From Eukaryota sp. GEM-RC1 (lineage: Eukaryota), in NCBI GenBank assembly GCA_040285855.1, contig JAUFOQ010000006.1, forward strand, positions 2,342,849 to 2,362,848: DNA of 20,000 nt, given 5' to 3'. Position numbers and translations under genes: made by a program. This document shows positions 1-10,359 of the stretch, one piece after another. The notes under the pieces are model-generated. The model was not told the DNA's origin and did not search any database. It saw only the letters and a program-made list of their open reading frames with translations. The number at the start of each line of letters is the position of its first letter. Position 1 is the first letter of the stretch.

Positions 1-715
1 CTCAGAACCTGGCTGGAACCTGAACCTGTGGGGTTAGAACCTGGGAACTTTTAGAACCCGACTTTAATAAGATACAATGAAAAAAACTGTATATCGATGA
101 AGGGCACAAAAATCAATATGAAAATAAAAGCCATGAAACACTAGACACATCTCTGACAGCATTATGAAGAACAGAACGAAACTGAATAAATTTGGTGTAA
201 ATAATTTCATGTCTAAAAGTTGCATTGTGACGATGGCTACATACACATTCAGAATTTTTGAGTAATTCAGCAGAAAACAAAGCTCAACCTAATAGCATAT
301 AATGAATTAGTTTTTATTTGTGCCATAAAATACTGAAGAAAAGACACCAAACCCAATTATAGTTATACATCCAGTTTGATTGTGATGATGATTGTCTTGG
401 TGGATTCGGAGGAGGAGCAGGCGAAGGGGAAGAGTCGACGTGAAGAGGTTCTACGTCAGGTGCATCAATATTACTCATAGGGGAAAGATATGATTTATCA
501 ATTTTACTAATATAACAAAGTTGAACATACTAAATGAAGGAAAAAGGGGTTCGAGGTTCTAACCTGGAACCTTAGTGTTGGGAACCTAACTGCAACCGGA
601 ACCTGGATCTTCAGAACCTAACCGGAACCGGAACCTCAGTGTTGGGAACCTGACTGGAACCTAACCTGGAACCTGGGTCCGAACCCAAGTTAGAACCCGA
701 ACCTGGACAGTCCTA
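1..715. mobile_element. Non-autonomous hAT-like DNA transposon A (left terminus outside window)
   Basis: Dense GAACC(T/C) subterminal repeats at 1-60 and 548-705. Ends CCTGGACAGTCCTA at 715 (reverse complement TAGGACTGTCCAGG, a TAG-starting TIR typical of hAT). The TSD cannot be checked because the left end is missing. Confidence 0.65.
314..478 (-). pseudogene. Possible N-terminal remnant of a transposase inside element A
   Basis: Hand translation MSNIDAPDVEPLHVDSSPSPAPPPNPPRQSSSQSNWMYNYNWVWCLFFSILWHK*. The Pro/Ser-rich leader followed by SNWMYNY loosely resembles the start of a BED finger. Confidence 0.3.
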
Positions 716-1668
716 GAATATACAAACCGCTAGCACACTCATAATTGTGATCATTACTGATAAAATTGGTTCATATCTTCAGAATCTTCCTTATATTAAT
801 AACTGTTGTTCCACAGTGAAGGAACGTCATTTCAGTGACCTTAAACTGAATCTTTCAATTTACAATTACTCAAAAACTTCTTACAGCATACGTACAATGC
901 TACCAAATTACTTTCAGGCTCGCAGTACATTACAGTTCCCATGATGACTAGTGTCTGAAACAAATGCACATCACAGATACTCACCCCTTCTGCGTCATCA
1001 CCTGAATGGCTGAAAAATGCTTGTAACGTTACATGTCTTTTGGTTAACAAGTATCATCCTTTTGTACTTTTGTGTATGATATGACAACTTTCATATCAAT
1101 GTTCTTTGATCCACGTTTTGCTTGGATGAATATGGTAGCTACTATGAGAACTGAATCATACTTTCCGACATTTAAAGCAATGTACCATTTAAAGAAGGAA
1201 GATCATCTAAACGCTGGTCTAGCGTACAGAACAATAGCATTGACGATGACGGTGCTGTTCATAACGATGTCATTGTTGTTGAAGACGAGAGTAATGTTGA
1301 TGCTGTCTTTGACGACGATGATTCCGATCAGGATGTGTTTTTAGAATCTCTTCAAAGTCAATTACAGCTATGAATTTGTTGATTGTAGTGATGACGAAAA
1401 CGATGAATATGCTCCTTCTTTAGATTCATAAGACCTAAAGGTGCTCATCAACCTTTGTACTATAAAAACAGTAGTTTTTGAGGAGTTTCTACAATAAAAA
1501 CAACTATTCAAATTGATTTTTTTATTCGAACCGAAAAAATATCGGTTTGGCTCGGCTTCAAGTCGACTTGTCACTTTGGTTCGGCTTACTCAAATGGTTC
1601 AAGCCAAAGCCGAACCAGTTTGGAATTTTACAAGCCAAACCATTCGGCTCAAGCCGTTGACAGCTCTA
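716..1668 (+). mobile_element. hAT transposon B, 3' part with degraded transposase (about 747-1431)
   Basis: FISMFFDPRF (D at 1108) matches the hAT LDPRF motif. An acidic tail lies in other frames (NNSIDDDGAVHNDVIVVEDESNVDAVFDDDDSDQDVF...DDENDEYAPSLDS*). AGCC/GGCT/GAACC subterminal repeats span 1525-1656, and the terminus is GTTGACAGCTCTA at 1668 (reverse complement TAGAGCTGTCAAC). Confidence 0.7.
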
Positions 1669-1669
1669 C

Positions 1670-2056
1670 CACATTCCTTATATTATTTGTACCAATGGTT
1701 GCAAAATTTCTCGGAGATTTATTGAAGAGAAAATCACAAAATTCGAACAATCTATTCCTAAAGAATTACTCGAGTATGCTGATTATATTCCATTTGATTT
1801 GATATACGAATCAATTAATATTTTCCTCACAGTAATTGCGAAAGGTATTATAAATCTTTCGTATTATCCTCTACAAGGGAAAACTTATTCTTTAGATTAT
1901 GGTTCAATTGTTAAAATTTATGCAATGTGTACGAATCCAAATACTTATGAAGCTTTTAAATTTTTAATAAATAAACAACAAGAACTTTCAATGGCATTTA
2001 TTTAATAACAATGGTATTTCACCATATGGGAGTTTTAATTTTACCATTCACAAGTA
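1670..2056 (+). pseudogene. Unidentified coding remnant between hAT B and hAT C
   Basis: The frame is open from the hAT B boundary to 2005 (about 110 codons: HIPYIICTNGCKISRRFIEEKITKFEQSIPKELLEYADYIPFDLIYESINIF...). No family recognised. Confidence 0.3.
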
Positions 2057-2064
2057 CATTGTAC

Positions 2065-2771
2065 CAGCAATGTAAAAATATCTTATTGTTATCTTATTGT
2101 TTTTCTGACATTCAACAATAAATATATTGTCTGGATTGATATCTTATCTTATTTATTGGTTATCTTGAGTCAAAACAATAAATATATCTTCAATAACGAC
2201 AGTAACAAATCACTAAGAACAAGAATAATTTCATCACATTCATCAACTGTAGCCTGATTGGATTCAGGTGTGAGGTACTAGTACTTTATTAAAGTTTACC
2301 AATAGAAGTTTGATCCCATAGATCAACATTGTACAACAAGAAAAGTTGCTTTCCTAACGCTTTTGAGTTCAGATTTGGTTTAGTGTTTCCTGAAGTCCTT
2401 CTGAGCTAGACTGAAAAGCATCCCATCTTCAATTCTAGTTGCAGGTATCCAACTTAAATCTATCTACTGTCGATCTTGATTAGTTCGTTGCTGTTTACGT
2501 TTGTTCAATCTTTTATTTAAGCCAATGGTTCTCTGTTACCTTGGAGTTCAAACGCTTCAACACAATCCTACTTTATTCTAAATTGACATCAAGAAAAAAT
2601 CAGGTTACAACAAGAAAAAGAACGTTCTTGAATTATCTTATCTTATTGAAATATATCGTATATTGTTGAGTTTTGACGATAAATATATTGTTGAGAGAGA
2701 TGTCCACAATAAGATAACAATAAATATATTTATTGTTATTGTACAATATATATATTTATTTTACATTCCTG
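2065..2771 (-). mobile_element. Internally deleted hAT transposon C (707 bp) with both TIRs and an 8-bp TSD
   Basis: TSD CATTGTAC at 2057-2064 and 2772-2779. TIR CAG(C/G)AATGTAAAA. ATCTTATTG/ACAATAAATATAT subterminal repeats at both ends. A minus-strand remnant (about 2289-2460) reads WIPATRIEDGMLFSLA/RRTSGNTKPNLNSKALGKQLFLLYNVDLWD, resembling the hAT C-terminal dimerisation domain. Confidence 0.9.
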
Positions 2772-3453
2772 CATTGTACATCCATTTACGATTTGTTAGT
2801 ACATACACCATCTTAAATGATCCACATCTACTCTGGAACTACAAAAAATGTAGAAAAAGATGATAAATGATTCTGGAGAAATTGTTTGCTGCTGCACAAT
2901 TCCATCATAACCCATGAGTTCTCCAGAAAAACCCTTGAGGCTATAGAATATGCCAAGATTGCCAACTTCTACTTAAGGCTGGCTTATTCAGCCACAACCC
3001 CTCTAAAAGCTGAGCACAGAGATATGCCTGTTGCGTGGAAATGCGTTAAGCATAGCAAACGTAGACGTAGTGTGATTAATATAGATATTTTTCATTTTTT
3101 TGTAATAAGTATAGTTGTGTAATAAGTCGTGGATTTAGACATTCTCTTCACTTATCGAATATATATTTATCGGTTCATGGTACAATAGTCGTTAAATATA
3201 CAAGATATATTTCCTGACAATAGATTTATCGAAGTTGCCTAACAAAAGATGAAGAAAATATATTGGTAATATACACTGCTGACATCTACTAATATATCTA
3301 ACAAATATTCACGCACAATTGAAGGTATTTTAGTGCTGATTAAAAAAATACAAAAAATTCTAATTGAAGTACACGTTTCCAGGAAAAAATACAATACATA
3401 ATACAGAAAAAATACTGATTACAAACAAATATAGTATTTTGTATTTTACAACT

Positions 3454-3507
3454 AGAAAGTCTTATTGCGTTTTGCGGTAGAGAAAACAAAGAAAGCCCTA
3501 GCAACTA
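3454..3507 (+). repeat. 54-bp dispersed copy of Hsp70 coding sequence (9217-9270)
   Basis: AGAAAGTCTTATTGCGTTTTGCGGTAGAGAAA(A/G)CAAAGAAAGCCCTA(G/A)CAACTA, 52/54 identical. Confidence 0.9.
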
Positions 3508-3605
3508 ATTTAAAAAAAATGGGTAAAAATAGGATGAACAAACGATTTGATCATACATCATGGTTGAATCGGAACGTTTTCACTGTTTTTAAAACAATTC
3601 CCCTA

Positions 3606-3651
3606 ATCATCTCCAAAGCTTTATTAGCATCATCTCCAAAGCTTTATTAGC
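3606..3651 (+). repeat. Perfect 23-bp tandem duplication
   Basis: ATCATCTCCAAAGCTTTATTAGC occurs twice in tandem. Confidence 0.95.
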
Positions 3652-3929
3652 AGTGAATTCCTTTTATGAGGACAAAGCTGTTGTAAGGTTCGATAGCGAC
3701 GGGTGTTGTTTTAATGATATCAAACTTTAGTTGTTTGATCCATTACATTTATAATAAAAGAAAATTGTGCTAAAAAAATATTCATAAGTTACAACTTAAT
3801 CCTTACAAATGTAGTAAAATCATCCGATATCATTGAATAACAGTTTCTAGTACAGTAGCTAAGATCTGGAGGTGTTCTAATTGGGTTAGAGCAAGACAAT
3901 TGATCATGAAAGAATGTAAATTTATTAGA

Positions 3930-5273
3930 GAGATGTTTATTCGGCACCCAATAAGGTAACCTTTCTACAAACTATGAAATTGTAAAAACAAACAAATAAT
4001 ACTAAGATTAAATCCAAACGACTTCATCACCACCCGGTAAAAGATTACGTTTATCTACATGAACCTTCACACCAAACTTGTACAATTTCTCAATTAATCT
4101 AGAGAAATAGAAAGGCATATTCCGATATATGGAAAACACTATACGGTTTTTCCATTCAGCCATTCTAAACTTACGCTTCTTTTCTTTACACAACTCTTCG
4201 AAATCCTTGAAAAATTGATCACCAGCAGGACTAATAGATCCAAAAGAGAAACAGCAAAAGGTTGAAACACAAATTTGGAATATGAGTTTCTATTTAATTC
4301 TTCTACTTGAGAGTCATACTTGGTGTGTTTGAGCTTTTCAGCTGCTGTTAATGGATTAAAAGAAGAATCTAATATCCTACTAACACAAGATTTGTTACAT
4401 ACATCTACTGTAGTAAAATCCATTAATGCTTGACTCGATTTAAGCCACGGAGTATGTAGATCCCCTCGTTTTTGATCAGTAAATTCATTTTCTGAAAGAT
4501 GATTCAAAACTGGTTCAACTTTAGAGTGAAAACCATGTGCTTTAAACATGGAATAACAAGAATCACGTACACCATCATGAATTACTGCACGGAGATGAAT
4601 AAAATAACGACAATTAATTAAATGACGAAAAACACCATTAGCTCCACAAGAGCACGTTGAATAGTTTAATAAATTTGCAGGCCAAATAGCCAAACGAAGA
4701 CGCATATTGATCATCCAAGCTTCATCAGATAGATGTAATCCATACACCTTTGGAATTTGAGAAATAAATCCAGAAGGTCCACTATTACAAAGATCGATTA
4801 AAAAAGCAGCGAACTCGGGACTATTAGTTTTAGCCAAGCTAATACGATTATTAAAGTCCAAGAGTTCAAACTCCTTGTCAATTTATTTTACAGCTTACAT
4901 ACAGCAGATGGTAGAGATGAAATATTTTTAAAGGAGTCTCCTTCAAATGAGCAGGGAACAAAGATTCCCACATTTCAGGAGACAAAGATGATAACAAATC
5001 TTTAGCAGATTGAATCCAACGGCAATTACTGGAATTCAACAGATTGATTCCATCCAAGGGAAACCGTTTCAAAAATTCAAACATAAAATTCTTAACACCT
5101 CCTAAAAGAGCAGATTTTCTAATGATTTTTGCATGGGTGAAACCTACTCCTGCGAATTCAGAAGATTAAAAGCATGAAATGGAATCTTAGACTCATCAAT
5201 TTCAGCCAAGTTAGAGAGAAAATTTGTTCTAATAGAATTAAATTTCTTGGCAAATGTTTCAGTAAGGGAAAAG
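3930..5273 (-). mobile_element. 5'-truncated CRE-like non-LTR retrotransposon (end of RT thumb, CCHC knuckle, restriction-like endonuclease), frameshifted
   Basis: ORF pieces 5144-5273, 4878-5084, 4139-4861 and 4008-4193 join through frameshifts. Motifs: AGVGF (GGLGL-like), CSCx7Hx3C, IHD (RHD motif), KRGDL...MDFT (PD..D), AEKLKHTKY, FQPFAVS. An AATAAA lies downstream. Candidate TSD TTTATTAGA at 3921-3929 and 5274-5282. Confidence 0.8.
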
Positions 5274-5524
5274 TTTATTAGATGTATGTACACTGTAGTG
5301 TTGTTGTCTATTACTTTTAGAATAAATAATTTTATACAAAAAAAAGAATGTAAATTGATGACTTCTGCCTGAAAAGATTTAACAATAGGTATCGTATGTA
5401 GATGTTGAATAGAAGTGAAGTACAATGTGGTGTTGGGTTAACACATAACTGATTAAAACACTTCAAAAACACGCCGGACAGGCCATCAGCCATACGCGTA
5501 TGGCCCGTATGGCAGTCAAAAAAT

Positions 5525-5899
5525 TGCATTATTTGATAGAGGTATCTGGAATGAAGGTCAACTTAATGTAGATCTTCAAGAAATAGTCCGAAATCACCGA
5601 TCATACTTTGAAGGCAACGAAAGTTCTACCGGTGATGACGAATGAATTGTGGTTAAGTACATGTACTGTTGATACCGTTCGGCAACAAAGGGTAGGGATT
5701 ATAATTTTATAGGGATAAAAATCATTCCTTAGGTGAGATTATTTTTCAACTCGGAAAATTAGTCTCCGTGAGATTATTTTTCATCGAACATAAATTAGTC
5801 TCAGTTGGAAATTAGTCTCAGGGAGACTAATTTATGTATAGACCATTTTGAAACTAGGTTATGAATTAGTCTCACTGAGACTAATTGTTGTGACCAGTG
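5525..5899 (+). mobile_element. Right end of a CACTG (CACTA/EnSpm-like) DNA transposon
   Basis: Multiple AATTAGTCTC/GAGACTAATT subterminal repeats in both orientations at 5730-5886. Terminus TGTGACCAGTG (reverse complement CACTGGTCACA). It is preceded by an ORF tail GIWNEGQLNVDLQEIVRNHRSYFEGNESSTGDDE*. The left boundary is uncertain. Confidence 0.6.
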
Positions 5900-6508
5900 T
5901 AGCTCTTCCCTAATACTAGCCATGACGGGGTAGGGTAGTAACGGTTTTTCGCAGGCTAATATTAGGTAAATTAGAGTACGTGCTGGTGTATTTAATTCGT
6001 GCCGTTGTTATTTGCTGTCATATAATAGCCTCCTGATTTGAAAGAAATATATCTATTTCAATACTGTTTCAGATTACTCATAAAAAATTGTCAGCATCGC
6101 CATTTTCTTATACATCTTCTAATCGTCAAAAAATCAAATCTTGTGCTTTTAAAGCCAGTTATGTTTTTAATAAATCTAGATATTATCTAGATTTTTTGCT
6201 ACAAGAAATAATGCAACAATTTGCTGCGTACAAATAGTCTAAACTCCATTTCATCCCCATCAACGATTTCATTTTGTTCAGACAAGTAGGATTGGCAAGT
6301 AATTCTAATATTGTTCACATTCCATAGATCTTTTGTGTAGTGCAGCCATAACTTGCTCAAGTCTTTCTGATGATAAACAAAATCGATTTTGGTCCATACA
6401 AAAAGTATAATTGTACATGACTTTTATAGAATAAAAAAAGATATTTTTAAAAGTGATTTTTGAGACAGCATCGTCAACAAAAATTGATCTCATAGAGACG
6501 CATAATGG

Positions 6509-8376
6509 TTATTGAACAGAAAGAAGAGTCTCGCGTTGGTAGTTTGTGAGTATAGTCCTCTTTGTTCCAGAAACACGAATAATAGGGACATTTTGCTTAT
6601 TTTTAACAGGCAACTGAATACCAGGAACGACGTCGGCTACAGAACCCTTCCAAATGAATTTTTCGTTCCATTGATGACTAATTGAACAATGCTGAAAAAT
6701 TTGGACATTCACTTCACCAAGTTGATTATCACCAGATTCAGCACATAGATCAAAATGAAATTTACAAGATTTTGTGAATTCAGGGACTGTTTGTGTTTGC
6801 TCATAGAGATCACCGTTAAGAGTGAGACCAAATTTGATAGTCAGTTGTGTTTCACGAACAAAATGATTCAAAGGTTCAATTTCGACGGTGAAGACAACCT
6901 CATGGGCACCGCCCGGAACTGGTTTATGGATATCTTGTTCGTGTTTTGATACTAAAACCGGCATCCGTTCAGAAATTCCATTTCCACTCGTAGTATTGTT
7001 AGATGGATGATGTGAACTGTGGTTGATTGGTAGAGAATCAGGGTCACGAGGAGCGTCCTGGACACAACTTCGATCACGAGAAATTCCATTCGAATAAAGT
7101 AGACGATCAGCACCAAGTTCTTCTATAGGTGTTCCAGAAACGATTAATTGAGTTTGTTCGGTTTTCTCTTCATGTGGTTCAGCTCCAGAATGTGTTAAAA
7201 CTACATTTTGAGGTCTCAGGTGTTTAACATTTGACGGATCTTTCCATCGTAGTCCTCCAAGAGCAACATCAGTGTTAGGATCCAGTATACAAGCCAAAGG
7301 TGCTTTTAAAGCCGATCGCATCCGTTCTCTAACTGAATGAAGAGCTGCTAACCTTCCAACTGGAACAACTTTGGTAACAAATTGTGACTGTACATATTTG
7401 GCTTGTTCCTCAAGCAGCTTAACAAAGTTCTCTCGAAATGCCTCCAATTTCCCAGAAAGATCTTTCAAGAAACTGTCAAGCACTGAAGGTGGAACATCTT
7501 CCTCAAAGTCACCATTTGGATAAAAGTCTTCTACCAAAACTGACATCCTAGTTTTAGTTTTAGCTTTATTACATGCCAAAAGTAATTTCATCTTGGATCT
7601 TTCATTCATTGTGACACGGATTTTTTCATCAATTTTAGTTAAGCAGTACTCATACAAAGCTTGGTCAACTTTATCAGCACCCATCCACCACTCTTCAGAA
7701 TGAATGATATTAATGCCAGATGGTTGATGGAGAAAGACAACAGCTTTGGTAAGTAAATGACCAACATCTACAATGACGACGGTTTCAAGTTGAGAGGGTG
7801 CAGGGGCTTTAAATAGATAAGAAGCTACAAGAGCTTCCAGAGTAGATACAACAGTGATATCAGGATAGCCAAGTTTATGGAATGTATCAAGAAGAACATT
7901 TTGATGTTGGACAGGTAGACTTTGAGGAAGTACCAATGATGATATGTCAAAAGGGGAATTGATGCAATGATTCAGTTCAAGTATAATATGTTCTACAAGA
8001 GGAAGAAGGAGTTCTGTGTGTGTGAGATTTTTACAAACACTATTCACATTTACGGAGAAGACAAGACCGTCATTGATCTGGCTGACATTTCCCATAAGGA
8101 CAGAAGTAAAAGGAAGATGTAAGGGTTTGGGGGAAGATTCTTCTGTGACTTCAGTGGGGACAATGTGTGTAACAGACACAAAACAGTTTTTAGCATGCTT
8201 CTTGACTTTGGATTCGGCATTTTGAGCTGTGAAAAAGACCCCAGTTCTTTAACAACGACATTAGAAAGGAACATAGCATCGGTACTTGTTTGTAAACTAG
8301 TATATCGATTATCCACGTCATTTCTCACCGCGAGGACGATGCCGTAGGATCCCAGATCTAAAGAAACATGATACAT
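6509..8376 (-). CDS. Divergent Hsp70/Hsp110-family ATPase-domain protein with a non-Hsp70 C-terminal domain (one frameshift near 8240-8251)
   Basis: N-terminal SLDLGS phosphate-1 motif (ORF 8050-8376) shifts into ORF 6509-8179. That ORF has LVLPQSL..HQNVLLD, VVSTLEALVASY, VVIVDVGH (Hsp110-like phosphate-2), MGADKVDQAL, KLLLACNKAK, VVPVGR and LDPNTDVALGG, all collinear with the Hsp70 NBD. Confidence 0.75.
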
Positions 8377-8415
8377 GTAAGAATGATGAAATTTCTACAG
8401 TGTTCACTAAAAGAT
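8377..8415. promoter_or_regulatory. Putative bidirectional promoter / 39-bp intergenic spacer
   Basis: AT-rich gap between the divergent ATGs at 8376 (-) and 8416 (+). Each ATG lies a few codons before its DLG motif. The function is inferred. Confidence 0.45.
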
Positions 8416-9994
8416 ATGTATTCATCGTATGTTCTTGGGATCGATCTTGGAACAACAAACTCTTGTGCTGCTGTTTATCGTCAAAAACGAGAACCAGACG
8501 GCAGTCTCACATCTCACATCACTGAAGTTCTGACAGATTTCGACTCAGCTGAAATACTTGTTCCATCTATTGTCTCCTTCGCTTCCCAGAATTGTGTCGT
8601 CGGTGTCAATGCTCGAGATACTATGAAGAAACACCCTGATAAAACTGTTTTTGAGATTAAGCGTTGTATTGGGCGACGTTTTAATGATGAAGTTGTTCAA
8701 CACATGAAAACCAGATATCCTTTCAGAATTGTAGAACTAAGTGATGGATTCACTGGTATTAGAGTGAATGACCAAACTTACAGACCCGAAGAAATCAGTG
8801 CGAGAGTCTTATCTCACATCAGAACTAACGCTATCAATGCCCTGGGAGAGTCTAACATCACGAAAACTGTCATCACTGTCCCTGCTTATTTCAATGATGA
8901 TCAACGTCAAGCAACAAAGAGAGCTGCTGAAATTGCCGGCTTTGAGGAAATCACCCTCGTCAACGAACCAACTGCTGCTGCTCTATCTCTAAAACAAGAA
9001 GATCCTTCGTCAATCGGCAAGCGAGTTCTCGTATTTGATTTTGGTGGTGGTACCTTTGATGTATCTATTGTAGATATTAAAAGCGATGACATTACTGTCA
9101 TTGGAACTCATGGCTCTACCAACTTAGGTGGGGCAAATATCGATCAAGACATAGTAGACCATGTTATGAAAAACTGGACTACTGACAATAACCGTTATTC
9201 CTTACCAACTGAAAGAAGAAAGTCTTATTGCGTTTTGCGGTAGAGAAAGCAAAGAAAGCCCTAACAACTAGAAATAAGGCTGAAATAGAAGTTGAGAACT
9301 TTGCTTCTGGAAATGATCTTGAACTTGTCCTAACTAAAGACCGTTTTGATGCTATTTGTGCTCCTTACATTACCAGATGCTTATCAATTATTGAGGAACT
9401 TCTTCAATCCATCCGTCTTCAATCTTCTGCCATCGACTACGTCCAACTTGTAGGAGGATCTTCTCGTATAAGAAAGGTTCAAGAAATGCTTGAACTTAAG
9501 TTTCCTGGTAAGCTCAGAAAAACTCTCAATCCTGACCAATCCGTAGCCGCCGGTGCGTCTGCCTTTTCCATCACATTCTTCATGATGTTACTCCTCATAG
9601 TTTAGGCACTGCTATCAAATCTCAATCCGAAACCAATGAAGTAAGTACCATGAGTGTTATCATTCCAAGGCATTCCAGTATTCCTTGCAAGTTCTGTGAA
9701 ACTTACGTGACTGTGCATGATTATCAAACTTCAATTACTATCAATGTGTATCAAGGTGAGGCCTCGATTGTGACTCTAAACACCTTTCTTGCACGCTTTA
9801 GGATAACTAATCTACCTTCCCTTCCAGCAGGAGAAGCCCAAATATCTACTACAATGATCATTGATTCAGATGGAATATTACATGTCGAAACTGAAGATCT
9901 TCACAACAAAACAAACTCGGCTTCAATCAAAATTGAAAGACTTCAAAGTCAATTCCGGTTCAGTCGGCAACTCGACTCTGCTTCTAAACGTTAA
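8416..9994 (+). CDS. hsp70: Hsp70-family chaperone, lacking the alpha-helical lid and EEVD; two frameshifts (about 9215 and 9567), so pseudogene or assembly error
   Basis: Motifs GIDLGTTNS, TVITVPAYFND, VNEPTAAA, VFDFGGGTFDVS, LGGANID, VQLVGGSSRI and LNPDQSVAAGA. Linker ILHDVTPHSLG lies in the frame of ORF 9650-9994, followed by SBD-beta TVHDYQTSITINVYQGE...IDSDGILHV. Confidence 0.92.
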
Positions 9995-10049
9995 CATTAC
10001 ACTTCGTGTATTTGCAGATGACCGGGTCACACGATTTGTTGTAATTTTA

Positions 10050-10359
10050 AGATTTTTAGACACTGGTTTAACATACTCTGTAATACAAAACGTATAAATT
10101 GATATTATTGAACTCTTTGGAGGACTTAGTTCAAGGTTTGCCTATTGAAGTTTGGAACAAAAGTTTCCCGAAAAGTGTTTCATCTATTCCTGATCGGTCA
10201 ATTGAATTTCTACCTCTTGCTGTAGTTAAGTTACAGAATGCTACATTACTTGGGTTGGAAGACTTGGATTTTAGTAAAAGACTTAGTGTGACTAAGATTG
10301 ATAATCCCGTCTTTGCAGCTTTTTTATGTGACATTCAACAATGTTCTAGTGATGCTTTA
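10050..10359 (+). mobile_element. Internal fragment of a second, diverged CRE-like non-LTR retrotransposon
   Basis: DLVQGLPIEVWNKSFP...KLQN...LDFSKRLSVTKIDNPVFAAFLCD aligns by eye with DLLSSLSPEMWESLFP...LDFNNRISLAKTNSPEFAAFLID of the element at 4139-5084. Similarity stops at the Gypsy LTR. The left boundary is approximate. Confidence 0.75.

Noticed and set aside
1..715. GAACC repeats as a CRISPR array or degenerate telomere
   Set aside because: There is no constant repeat-spacer period and the context is eukaryotic. Position next to a TIR fits hAT subterminal repeats.
3331..3454. Possible small MITE (TAGTGCTG... AAATAC repeats ...ACAACTA)
   Set aside because: The ends match poorly and no TSD was found.
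3698..3707. GACGGGTGTT also found at the telomere junction (15553-15562)
   Set aside because: A single 10-bp match with no extension is compatible with chance.
5489..5504. 16-bp perfect palindrome GCCATACGCGTATGGC
   Set aside because: It is isolated within transposon debris, and no function or element boundary could be tied to it.
6172..6194. AT-rich inverted repeat AAATCTAGATA-T-TATCTAGATTT
   Set aside because: Low complexity. Bacterial-type terminators are not relevant here, and there is no other support.
6305..6493. 62-aa ORF downstream of the Hsp70-like gene, and other short or antisense ORFs in the track
   Set aside because: No recognisable motifs; most are shadows of the features called above.
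8377..8400. GTAAG...CTACAG, 24 nt, resembling a tiny intron
   Set aside because: It lies upstream of the likely ATG at 8416 and is not needed for either reading frame. Only RNA data could support it.
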